DNA from: a virus
Lineage: Duplodnaviria > Caudoviricetes
Length of the DNA: 33,422 nt
Reading direction: 5' to 3' (one strand)
IMG/VR virus record: IMGVR_UViG_3300031519_000112
Location: 1 to 33,422 of that record
The first letter of the stretch is position 1, and each line of letters starts with the position of its first letter. Positions 17,508-24,582 of this stretch are shown here, one piece after another. The notes under the pieces were generated by a model. The model had not been told where the DNA came from. It saw nothing but the letters and a program-made list of their open reading frames with translations, and made no database searches. A program made the translations under genes and the position numbers.

Positions 17508-17935
17508 CGGCCAGAAAAGGTAGCAGACGATGCTGTACTGTCGCGGTGACTTTCTCCCCTAATTCTAACGTCATGGGGTGTACACTGGGGTCTCCCATCT
17601 AGGCGTTTAGTCATAGCATTAGAGCCTAGCCCACACACTGCACCTAGTTGTTTAAACGTGTAGCTTTTACCTGAACTTAATTTATCGTGTTCGCCTGCAA
17701 ACATAATTAACTTGGGTGCTTTTGGGCTAAGAAAAAGAGCATCTCTCGCTATTGTATGCCCTTTTAGTCTGTCGCATATGAAAGGAAACGATACATTAAA
17801 TGCTTTTGCTAATTCTTGTCGTGAGTATTTCTCACCTGAAACAAGTCCAGCCATATCACCCTTATAGGTAAAGAACAGTGTTCTCTTGTCTACCATTTTG
17901 TCTATTCTTTCTTGAGTCATTTCTATTTCGTACAT
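17483..17935 (-). CDS. putative DNA-binding protein with two tandem HTH-like repeats
   Basis: YKG...LVSGEKYSRQELAKAFNVS...DRLKG aligns with FAG...LSSGKSYTFKQLGAVCGLG...KRLDG. Confidence 0.55.
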   Translation of the reverse strand: MYEIEMTQERIDKMVDKRTLFFTYKGDMAGLVSGEKYSRQELAKAFNVSFPFICDRLKGHTIARDALFLSPKAPKLIMFAGEHDKLSSGKSYTFKQLGAVCGLGSNAMTKRLDGRPQCTPHDVRIRGESHRDSTASSATFSGRWLKRKLV

Positions 17936-17945
17936 CTGTTGCTCC

Positions 17946-18662
17946 TTATTCTGCCCAACTTCTGTTGGTTAGTTGCTCGTGTAGTGATTGACCTCTAATT
18001 GAGTCGCTTTGAACTTTCTTTTTCTCATGTTGTTTAGCTTTGTTACTGGCTTTCCATGTTCCTACTGCTGATGTCCACTTCTTCATCTTGTTCTTACCAA
18101 CCATCCAACCCTTAGAATCGTAAAAGTTCCAAAACCCTAGCGGATCAATCCCTGCATTCGTTCTGTTACAGTAATCAATGACTTCTTCTATTGTTGGTGG
18201 AACAAACTGAACTCTTTTCTTAGATAACACTGGGGAACTTGTTTCCCCTATATTAGATGTAATATTAATTGTAGTATTAGATGTATTATTATCTTTAAAC
18301 TTTTCTTTAATAGGGTCTTTAACTTTTCTTGGGGAGGGTATTAAAGATTTCTTTGTGAGGGTACCCAAGTTTTCTTTAAGGGGGGTAGCTAGTCTTATAT
18401 ACCTATTAGATATCTGTTTAGTCCCCTCTTTGTACTGCATTTGCACCTCAATGTAGCCGCAATCCCTCAAGTTACCTACCCATTTGCTCACTGATACCTT
18501 ACTGACGGAGTATAAATCTGCAAAATACTCATTCATTGCCCAACAAAACCCCTTTTCATTGCATAAGGCAGTGATCTCACCATACAAAAGTTTGGCATTA
18601 GGTGTTAAGCGTACGTCATAACGTACATCTGCAGGAATAATTGCGTAGTATCCCTTGTTCAT
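17946..18662 (-). CDS. phage replication initiator (N-terminal winged HTH, conserved C-terminal domain)
   Basis: YYAIIPADVRYD..LTPNAKLLYGEI.AL...GFCWA.N.YFA.LY N-terminus and FVPPTIEEV..YC...FWNFYDSKGW.VGKNKMK.W C-terminus. Carries internal iterons. Confidence 0.85.
   Translation of the reverse strand: MNKGYYAIIPADVRYDVRLTPNAKLLYGEITALCNEKGFCWAMNEYFADLYSVSKVSVSKWVGNLRDCGYIEVQMQYKEGTKQISNRYIRLATPLKENLGTLTKKSLIPSPRKVKDPIKEKFKDNNTSNTTINITSNIGETSSPVLSKKRVQFVPPTIEEVIDYCNRTNAGIDPLGFWNFYDSKGWMVGKNKMKKWTSAVGTWKASNKAKQHEKKKVQSDSIRGQSLHEQLTNRSWAE
18249..18385. repeat. putative replication origin: four 23-24 bp iterons plus an AT-rich segment inside the initiator gene
   Basis: Units at 18292, 18316, 18339 and 18362 share AA.(T/A)TTTCTT.....GGG. 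The adjacent AT-rich stretch (18249-18291) contains TATTAGATGTA twice. Confidence 0.75.
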
Positions 18663-19054
18663 AAGCTATCTTCTATGCAAGTTTCATTTAGTATTCTTTG
18701 CTTGTCCTCTCTAGCCAAAAAGCTAGCCCTGTTAAACTGATCTTCAGTGCATTCTTGACGGAGGCGGTCTATCAGCAATAAATGCAATGAAACACGCTTA
18801 TTAATTTTCTGACCCAATTTTTCTAGCTGAAGTGTGCAGTGCTTTCTATGGCGAATCGTAACTCCTCGCTTAGTTGGGCATTCTTCTTTATCTAATACAC
18901 GATTGTATGCTTTAAGTTTGTCTTTAAAAAATTCACGCTTTTCTAGCCAACTAAAAAGAAGCTCCTTTTCTACCATACTTGGAGTTTTTAAGTCAGCAAA
19001 TCCGCGAGATAAGTTATGTTTTTTATCAATTAAAACTGCATTAGGCGCACTCAT
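18659..19054 (-). CDS. hypothetical protein
   Basis: 131 aa, coupled to both neighbours by overlapping start and stop codons. Confidence 0.6.
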   Translation of the reverse strand: MSAPNAVLIDKKHNLSRGFADLKTPSMVEKELLFSWLEKREFFKDKLKAYNRVLDKEECPTKRGVTIRHRKHCTLQLEKLGQKINKRVSLHLLLIDRLRQECTEDQFNRASFLAREDKQRILNETCIEDSL

Positions 19055-19254
19055 TACTCACCAGCCGCGATAAATTCGCTAACCTTAACATCGCAAGCAC
19101 CAGCCAGCTTAGTTAGTGTCTTCATATTAGGTGATCGGTGATTGTTTCTAATTAAACTTAGAGTGGCAATGTCCAACCCTGCCTTAACTGCAAGCTGACT
19201 TTGATTTAAACGTAGGTCGTACATAAAATGGTCGATTGATTGGTTTATATCCAT
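19054..19254 (-). CDS. Cro/CI-type (XRE) HTH transcriptional regulator
   Basis: LNQSQLAVKAGLDIATLSLIRNNHRSPNMKTLTKLA..CDV.VSEF. 66 aa with no peptidase domain. AAGGA RBS. Confidence 0.88.
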   Translation of the reverse strand: MDINQSIDHFMYDLRLNQSQLAVKAGLDIATLSLIRNNHRSPNMKTLTKLAGACDVKVSEFIAAGE

Positions 19255-19279
19255 GATGATTTCCTTGTTGTGAGCGTGA

Positions 19280-19308
19280 ACTGTAAATTAATTTTAATTA
19301 TTAGTCAA
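19280..19308 (-). promoter_or_regulatory. leftward sigma70 promoter
   Basis: Minus strand TTGACT-17 nt-TACAGT. Confidence 0.65.
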
Positions 19309-19314
19309 CAGTGT

Positions 19315-19343
19315 TTGACATTTAATTAACCATAGTCCAGAAT
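19315..19343 (+). promoter_or_regulatory. rightward sigma70 promoter
   Basis: TTGACA-17 nt-CAGAAT, followed by an A/C-rich leader and AGAGGA RBS. Confidence 0.65.
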
Positions 19344-19374
19344 AGATTCACAAAACAACAAAAGAGGAAAGGTT

Positions 19375-19602
19375 ATGTACTACAGAGATGAGGATAAAAA
19401 CCGTACTGGAGACTTGGATTATTTTGCTGGTTTCTTGAATAAGCTTACGCACCAAGACGCTGATGATCTAGAGTTTTATGAAAAGCCACCTGTCTTATCA
19501 CCGCGAATATTCACAATGGAAGATAAGATGGCTTATGATGAAAAAGAACGTCAGATTCAGATTATTCTGGACGGATGGCAGAAAAGGTGGGGTAAGCAAT
19601 GA
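19375..19602 (+). CDS. hypothetical protein
   Basis: 75 aa, strong RBS, first gene of the rightward operon. Confidence 0.65.
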   Translation: MYYRDEDKNRTGDLDYFAGFLNKLTHQDADDLEFYEKPPVLSPRIFTMEDKMAYDEKERQIQIILDGWQKRWGKQ

Positions 19603-19766
19603 ATACTCCAAGTGATATTGAGTTTTTAAATGATCTTGATCGCGGTAACTATGACTGTCAGCATGGCAATCAGGCGAGAGAAGATGAATCGGATGCTTAT
19701 TACATAGCCTATGGCGCAAGATATGTAATGGAGCAAAACAAATCAAAAGAGGAGTTCTATCTGTGA
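19599..19766 (+). CDS. 55-aa hypothetical protein (not in the ORF track)
   Basis: MNTPSDIEFLNDLDRGNYDCQHGNQAREDESDAYYIAYGARYVMEQNKSKEEFYL*. ATGA and GTGA overlaps fill the gap between neighbours exactly. Confidence 0.7.
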   Translation: MNTPSDIEFLNDLDRGNYDCQHGNQAREDESDAYYIAYGARYVMEQNKSKEEFYL

Positions 19767-20149
19767 AAGGCTTATATTTAGTTAGGTTATTGGACAATGA
19801 AGGCGACGATCAGTATCTTTGTATGGTTTATGCGGAATCTTTTGAAGACTTTTATTGGCAAGTTGACGAGCAGGGATTTGATCCATATAACATTCAGATT
19901 AAGAAAGTAAAGATGGGTGCAGTTACTTTAAAATATGAAGATGTTTGTATTCGAGTTTTAAATACTGGTATTCCTAAGGTTGACCGATTAAGGCAGGTCA
20001 ATAATGGCGATAATTATGATTACAAAGAGTTTAAATTTCAATATGATGGATTGTCAGAGAGCTTAATTAGTGAAATAGAAAACCCAAAAGAGTGGAAGAG
20101 CATGAAACAAAATGATATTAAAAATAAAACACTGGAGAACGAACAATGA
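19763..20149 (+). CDS. hypothetical protein
   Basis: 128 aa, GTG start after GAGGAG. Confidence 0.65.
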   Translation: MKGLYLVRLLDNEGDDQYLCMVYAESFEDFYWQVDEQGFDPYNIQIKKVKMGAVTLKYEDVCIRVLNTGIPKVDRLRQVNNGDNYDYKEFKFQYDGLSESLISEIENPKEWKSMKQNDIKNKTLENEQ

Positions 20150-20688
20150 GTAATACTTGGAAAACACTATCAGCAATAGACGTATCAAAAAATATTGAGA
20201 AGAAAGGCAACTTATCCTATCTATCATGGGCTTGGGCATGGTCTACTTTGATGGAGCATTACCCAGAATCTAGCTACACCTACTGTCCACCCTCTTTCTT
20301 AGAGAATGGTACTTGCGAGGTGAATGTTTCCGTAACTGTGGAAGAGAAAACCCACTCTATGTGGCTACCAGTCATGGATAATAGAAACAAATCTGTTGCT
20401 AACCCTAGTTCAAGAGACATTTCAGACGCTAGAATGCGCTGTTTAGTGAAAGCTATCGCCATGCATGGGTTAGGTGCTTACATCTACGCAGGGGAAGACT
20501 TACCTCAAGCCGCACAAAATGCTGTATTGTCTGATGAACAGGCGACAGAGATTAAGGGCTTGCTTCAAGAGTACAAAGTGGACGTTAAAGAGTTCCTGAA
20601 ATACTTTAAAGCTGATTCAGTCGATGAAATGTTAGCCTCTCACTTTTCTAGGGCGGTCAATGCATTGAAGGCAAAGGCTCAAAAGTGA
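20146..20688 (+). CDS. single-strand annealing protein, DUF1071/Sak (Rad52-like) family
   Basis: EKKGNLSYLSWAWAW, MWLPVMDNRNK and MRCLVKAIAMHGLG.YIYAGEDLP motifs. Confidence 0.88.
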   Translation: MSNTWKTLSAIDVSKNIEKKGNLSYLSWAWAWSTLMEHYPESSYTYCPPSFLENGTCEVNVSVTVEEKTHSMWLPVMDNRNKSVANPSSRDISDARMRCLVKAIAMHGLGAYIYAGEDLPQAAQNAVLSDEQATEIKGLLQEYKVDVKEFLKYFKADSVDEMLASHFSRAVNALKAKAQK

Positions 20689-21287
20689 TTATCTTAGACC
20701 ATGAGCAGGGGAGTGACGAGTGGTTTGCCAGTAGGTTAGGCAGACCCAGTGCTTCCATGTTTAATAAGCTGATTACCTCTGCAGGAAAGCCCAGTGCTTC
20801 CGCTGATGCTTATATCAATGAGTTGATAGCTGAAAGATTAAATGGCATTAGGGTTCCTGTATACGTTAATGAGCATATGGCTCGCGGTAGTTTTTTAGAG
20901 CCTGAAGCGCGTGAATATTATTCATTCATAACTGAGCAGAAAGTCACAGAATATGGGTTTATACTGGACGATTCTGAAGAGTTTGGATGCTCACCTGATG
21001 GTCTAGTGGACAAAAATGGCGGATTAGAGATAAAATGTCCAGCTGATTCAACCATAATAGGCTATCACCGAAACAATAAATCTTTTATCACCAAGTACAA
21101 GCAACAAATCATGGGCTGTATGATGATAACTGGTGCTGAGTGGTGGGATTTAATGGCGTACTCTGACAAAAAACCCCATCATCTGATTATCAGGGTGGAG
21201 CGAGATGAAGAGTATATTGAAAAACTGGCGGCTGAGATAGATAAAGCTGTTAAAATTATAGTAGATGAAACGGAGAAGTTAGCATGA
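20685..21287 (+). CDS. YqaJ/lambda-type exonuclease
   Basis: EQGSDEWF..RLG..SAS, MARG..LEPEAR..Y, GCSPDGLV, GLEIKCP and YKQQI motifs. Confidence 0.92.
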   Translation: MIILDHEQGSDEWFASRLGRPSASMFNKLITSAGKPSASADAYINELIAERLNGIRVPVYVNEHMARGSFLEPEAREYYSFITEQKVTEYGFILDDSEEFGCSPDGLVDKNGGLEIKCPADSTIIGYHRNNKSFITKYKQQIMGCMMITGAEWWDLMAYSDKKPHHLIIRVERDEEYIEKLAAEIDKAVKIIVDETEKLA

Positions 21288-21664
21288 GTATAAGCATCAC
21301 TGGTAAACTAAATAAAGCGGCAAATCAATTTCAAGCAGGGGATGGTAAGGGTTTTGGTATTAGATTAGGTGTGAGGTTCTATAATCGAGAGACTAAAGAG
21401 CAAGAATACACCAATTATGAGGCTGTTATCTTTGCTAGAGAGGGAGCGCAGGCTGATTTCTATACGTCTGCTCTAGTGGAGGGGTCAATAGTTGAAGTGA
21501 GCGGCTCAGGATGTCAGATTAAGACGTTTGATGGCAGTAATGGCGCAGTAAATACTATCTCTATCCTTGATTCTAAACTTGGTTTCGTGTTCAGCGGTGC
21601 GGATAAGCAAGCAAGCACTCCACAAGCCACACAAGCAGTCATTACAGAAGACATACCGTTTTGA
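21284..21664 (+). CDS. ssb: single-stranded DNA-binding protein
   Basis: OB-fold pattern (ITGKL, LVEGSIVEVSG) with an acidic EDIPF C-terminus. Follows the SSAP and exonuclease genes. Confidence 0.85.
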   Translation: MSISITGKLNKAANQFQAGDGKGFGIRLGVRFYNRETKEQEYTNYEAVIFAREGAQADFYTSALVEGSIVEVSGSGCQIKTFDGSNGAVNTISILDSKLGFVFSGADKQASTPQATQAVITEDIPF

Positions 21665-21867
21665 GCAAGGACATACAGATAGGCGGTAGCCACTACAAAG
21701 ACCTTGAGATTCAGCCCATAGACTACATCTTGGGCAACTCACTTGGCTATGCTGAGGGAAATGTGGTTAAATATGTCAGCCGATGGCGTGATAAGGGTGG
21801 TATTGAGGACTTATGCAAGGCAAAACAGTACATTGATTTCTTGATAGCGCATGAAGTGAAAGAATAA
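21661..21867 (+). CDS. DUF3310 family protein (T7 gp1.7 nucleotide-kinase-like)
   Basis: QIGGSHYK...IQPIDYI....LGYAEGNVVKYVSRW..KGGIEDL.KA..Y. Confidence 0.88.
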   Translation: MSKDIQIGGSHYKDLEIQPIDYILGNSLGYAEGNVVKYVSRWRDKGGIEDLCKAKQYIDFLIAHEVKE

Positions 21868-21923
21868 CATTTTGGTATGTCGCTTATCGGTACAAGTCAT
21901 TTTTAATAACCAAGAAAGGTAGG

Positions 21924-21929
21924 TATAAT
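21924..21929 (+). promoter_or_regulatory. candidate -10 box for the small-peptide cassette
   Basis: Perfect TATAAT 28 nt before the ATG at 21958. No clear -35 box. Confidence 0.4.
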
Positions 21930-21957
21930 GCGGCTTCACGAACATACTGAGGTTAAC

Positions 21958-22029
21958 ATGATACTATACGCCATATTGGTTATGGTGGTCGGATTGACGG
22001 CTATTGCTAAAGATGACTTATCAAACTAA
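21958..22029 (+). CDS. 23-aa hydrophobic peptide (not in the ORF track)
   Basis: GAGGT RBS, then MILYAILVMVVGLTAIAKDDLSN*. An in-frame ATG at 21928 could extend it to 33 aa. Confidence 0.55.
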   Translation: MILYAILVMVVGLTAIAKDDLSN

Positions 22030-22030
22030 C

Positions 22031-22053
22031 AACGTCCTTCGGGGCGTTTTTTT
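22031..22053 (+). terminator. intrinsic terminator
   Basis: AACGTCC-TTCG-GGGCGTT followed by a T run, with a C(UUCG)G tetraloop. Confidence 0.8.
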
Positions 22054-22063
22054 GTGAGGTTCT

Positions 22064-22840
22064 ATGAAGCATTTAATTATTCCCGATACTCAAGTTAAAC
22101 CCAACACACCGATTGATCATTTGAATTGGGCAGGGCAGTATGCAGTTAAGATGCGGCCAGATGTTATTGTTCATATTGGTGACCACTGGGATATGCCAAG
22201 TTTAAATTCTTATTCTGGTACAGGTACAAAAAGTTTTGAGGGCAATAGGTATATAAAAGATATCGAGGCAGGTATTTTGGGAATGAAAGAATTCCTTGCA
22301 CCTATCAGAGAAGAACAAGCTAGGCTCCGCAAGAATAAAGAAAAGCAATGGAAACCAAGATTAGTGTTTACTCTAGGCAATCACGAAAACAGAATCACGC
22401 GAGCGATTGAAAATGACCCTAAACTAGATGGCTTGATAGGCTTTAAAGACTTTAAGCTGGAAGAAATGGGATGGGAAGTTATTCCGTTCTTGCAACCTAT
22501 TAAGATTAATGGCGTGATGATGGCCCACTACTTTACGAGCGGAGTGATGGGGAGGCCTGTTAGTAGTGCAAGGGCATTAGTAAATAAGCAACTTCAAAGC
22601 TGTGTGATGGGTCACGTTCAAGATAGAGAGATTCATTTCGCGAAAAGGGCTGATGGTACTAGGGTTACAGGATTATTTGCAGGGATATTCTATCAACATG
22701 ATGAAGATTACCTTACTCCCCAGACTAATTTATCATGGCGTGGTGTATGGGTATTGAACGAGGTAGAAGATGGTGCGTTTGATGAAATGCCAGTGTCGAT
22801 CAATTACCTACGGAACAAATACGCAAAAACCCCCGATTAA
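22064..22840 (+). CDS. calcineurin-like metallophosphoesterase
   Basis: Motifs IIPDTQ, IGDHWD, LGNHE, AHY and MGHVQ in the canonical order. Confidence 0.85.
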   Translation: MKHLIIPDTQVKPNTPIDHLNWAGQYAVKMRPDVIVHIGDHWDMPSLNSYSGTGTKSFEGNRYIKDIEAGILGMKEFLAPIREEQARLRKNKEKQWKPRLVFTLGNHENRITRAIENDPKLDGLIGFKDFKLEEMGWEVIPFLQPIKINGVMMAHYFTSGVMGRPVSSARALVNKQLQSCVMGHVQDREIHFAKRADGTRVTGLFAGIFYQHDEDYLTPQTNLSWRGVWVLNEVEDGAFDEMPVSINYLRNKYAKTPD

Positions 22841-22845
22841 GGGGG
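22825..22845 (-). terminator. intrinsic terminator ending the leftward early operon
   Basis: Minus strand CCCCC-TTAATC-GGGGG-TTTTT at a convergent junction. Confidence 0.75.
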
Positions 22846-22857
22846 CTAATGGCAGGG

Positions 22858-23109
22858 TTAGATGTCGTAGTTATATTCTTCTGGTACTTTCTCAGGTGGA
22901 ACCCACCGAATAGCTATTTCTGCTCTTTTGCTACGAGCACTTTTTTCTCTTTTTTTCCTCGCGCGTAATTCTGGACTTAATTTGTAATGGATGACCTTAG
23001 CCCCTTTGCACTTTTGACAAATTTCTGCCTCGCGCTTCATGGTCTTATAGCATAGCCCTGTTATCGTCCCTTCACCAAGACACTTCGGGCATGTTTCTGT
23101 GTACATCAT
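22858..23109 (-). CDS. small zinc-finger protein (DnaJ-type CxxCxGxG repeats) with basic tail
   Basis: CPKCLGEG and CQKCKGAK. Probable ATG at 23109 overlaps the upstream stop. Confidence 0.65.
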   Translation of the reverse strand: MMYTETCPKCLGEGTITGLCYKTMKREAEICQKCKGAKVIHYKLSPELRARKKREKSARSKRAEIAIRWVPPEKVPEEYNYDI

Positions 23110-23309
23110 AGACTCCATTTTGCTATTGAGACTTTATCACCATAGCGATTTAGAACTGTAGTCCTAACCGTTTTGATGTCGTGGCCGTCCTGTTTAAGCT
23201 CACAGATTCTGGCAGGGCATTCTAGTATGCCAAGCATCTTCCAAGAGTTGAGACGCGTTAAGGTGCGCCCCTCCTTTAAGTATTCAAGTACTCTCTGTTT
23301 CTGGTTCAT
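23106..23309 (-). CDS. winged HTH protein (HTH_39-like)
   Basis: QKQRVLEYL..G..LT......LGI....ARI.ELK..GHDI.T. ATG at 23309 follows AAGGTG. Confidence 0.75.
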   Translation of the reverse strand: MNQKQRVLEYLKEGRTLTRLNSWKMLGILECPARICELKQDGHDIKTVRTTVLNRYGDKVSIAKWSL

Positions 23310-23320
23310 GCTGTCACCTT

Positions 23321-23428
23321 TTAAAGTTGTAGGATACCGCGACAAACTCCAATAAATACAACTATTAGAGCAATCGCGAATGGGGTTAGTATTGCAAAGC
23401 CTATTAGGGCAATGTGTTTGTCTTTCAT
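23321..23428 (-). CDS. 35-aa single-TM peptide (not in the ORF track)
   Basis: GAGGTG RBS and ATGA overlap. Translates as MKDKHIALIGFAILTPFAIALIVVFIGVCRGILQL*. Confidence 0.65.
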   Translation of the reverse strand: MKDKHIALIGFAILTPFAIALIVVFIGVCRGILQL

Positions 23429-23646
23429 GCTGTCACCTCATTATTTTCAATTCTGTTTATAAATTGTTGCGCATCATTTTCAGTTTTAAAATAAGGGCTT
23501 TTAAAATCGTCATTATCAATATAAAAACTATTCTTTATTGGCTCGTACAAATGACAGATAGACCGAGAACCATCAACATAAAACAATGTAATTCCTGCTG
23601 TAGGTAAAGAATAAGACTTTTTGTATTCAAAACTTTTAATATTCAT
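23425..23646 (-). CDS. hypothetical early protein
   Basis: 73 aa, GAGGTG RBS, translationally coupled to its neighbours. Confidence 0.65.
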   Translation of the reverse strand: MNIKSFEYKKSYSLPTAGITLFYVDGSRSICHLYEPIKNSFYIDNDDFKSPYFKTENDAQQFINRIENNEVTA

Positions 23647-23873
23647 ACTGTCACCTCGATAAGTTTAAGAGTTAATTTGTTGTAATGCGTCCCTGCGGTA
23701 ACTATGACTTGTTTATTCTCATAGTTGGTAATGCCGTACCCATGCATGGAATCAACTCCAGTTGTTACCCTGTAGCCGTCAACCATAAAAGAATAGCGCG
23801 GATTTCCAACGTAACTGCTAGGCAATCGCTTAATGTCAGATACTACCCCAGTGTGTCTTGTTATATTTTTCAT
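23643..23873 (-). CDS. small beta-rich (OB-fold-like) early protein
   Basis: 76 aa with the motif RLPSSYVGNPRY. The fold assignment is inferred. Confidence 0.6.
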   Translation of the reverse strand: MKNITRHTGVVSDIKRLPSSYVGNPRYSFMVDGYRVTTGVDSMHGYGITNYENKQVIVTAGTHYNKLTLKLIEVTV

Positions 23874-24052
23874 AATAAACCCCCTAAGTTTTCGTTAATC
23901 ATATATAAAACGGTAAAGCCAACCCATGCAATAATGGCAATACAAAGCCAGTCGGCCTTTGATACCTTAGAATTATGTTTCTGTTGCGCCAGGTAACGAG
24001 CGGCAGATGCCTCAGCCTTGCGGTTAAGATAATGCTCTCTTAAATTACTCAT
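23870..24052 (-). CDS. small membrane-anchored early protein
   Basis: 60 aa, AGAGGA RBS, C-terminal TM segment. Lies immediately downstream of the hammerhead. Confidence 0.65.
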   Translation of the reverse strand: MSNLREHYLNRKAEASAARYLAQQKHNSKVSKADWLCIAIIAWVGFTVLYMINENLGGLL

Positions 24053-24075
24053 ATTATATTCCTCTGTTAATGGGT

Positions 24076-24128
24076 CTTACGACGCCCTAAGGCGTTTCAT
24101 CTACTCCCCAGTAGAATCATCAGGTAAG
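24076..24128 (-). ncRNA. type I hammerhead ribozyme
   Basis: Minus strand reads CUUAC-CUGAUGA-U-UCUACU-GGGG-AGUAGA-U-GAA-ACGCC-UUAG-GGCGU-C-GUAAG. The catalytic core is complete, all three helices pair, and there is a GUC cleavage triplet. Confidence 0.88.
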
Positions 24129-24377
24129 TTATGCAACCTCTCGCATTTTGATAATAAAGCTATACATCGTTAATTTAATATCAAACCTATCATGCAATTC
24201 AATCACAATATCATCATAACGCTCTTTTAAAGTGGTGCGAGTTGTGAGGCTTTCATCTTTCTCCTTACTGCTCATATCTTTAAAACCTTCAGCCAATCTA
24301 CTGGCGTCCGATCGTTTCATGTTAATGACTTCGATCTCATTAATTAACATGGCTAAGTCTTGATTTGATTTACTCAT
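24129..24377 (-). CDS. hypothetical early protein
   Basis: 82 aa, helical. Its stop codon abuts the hammerhead. Confidence 0.65.
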   Translation of the reverse strand: MSKSNQDLAMLINEIEVINMKRSDASRLAEGFKDMSSKEKDESLTTRTTLKERYDDIVIELHDRFDIKLTMYSFIIKMREVA

Positions 24378-24561
24378 GGTTATCTCTCTCTGTAGTTAAG
24401 TTTAATAAAAAGGGAATCACTTCATCTTTATGTACAGTGTGATATTCATCTAGGGTTCGGCTAGTCACAAACCATGTACACATCTTGGAAGTATTGGGAA
24501 CGGTAACGCGCCAAGCGCCCTCGCTCTTGTAGATCACTACTTGATTCTTAGCTCTACTCAT
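24370..24561 (-). CDS. hypothetical early protein
   Basis: 63 aa, preceded by the repeated AACTACAGAGAGAG leader. Confidence 0.6.
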   Translation of the reverse strand: MSRAKNQVVIYKSEGAWRVTVPNTSKMCTWFVTSRTLDEYHTVHKDEVIPFLLNLTTERDNHE

Positions 24562-24582
24562 TTTGATACTCTCTCTGTAGTT

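Noticed and set aside
20531-20537. Other CTGATGA matches (here and near 1780, 27236, 27983, 29707 and 32835) as additional hammerheads
   Set aside because: All lie inside coding sequence, and I saw no stem II-GAAA-stem III arrangement following them.
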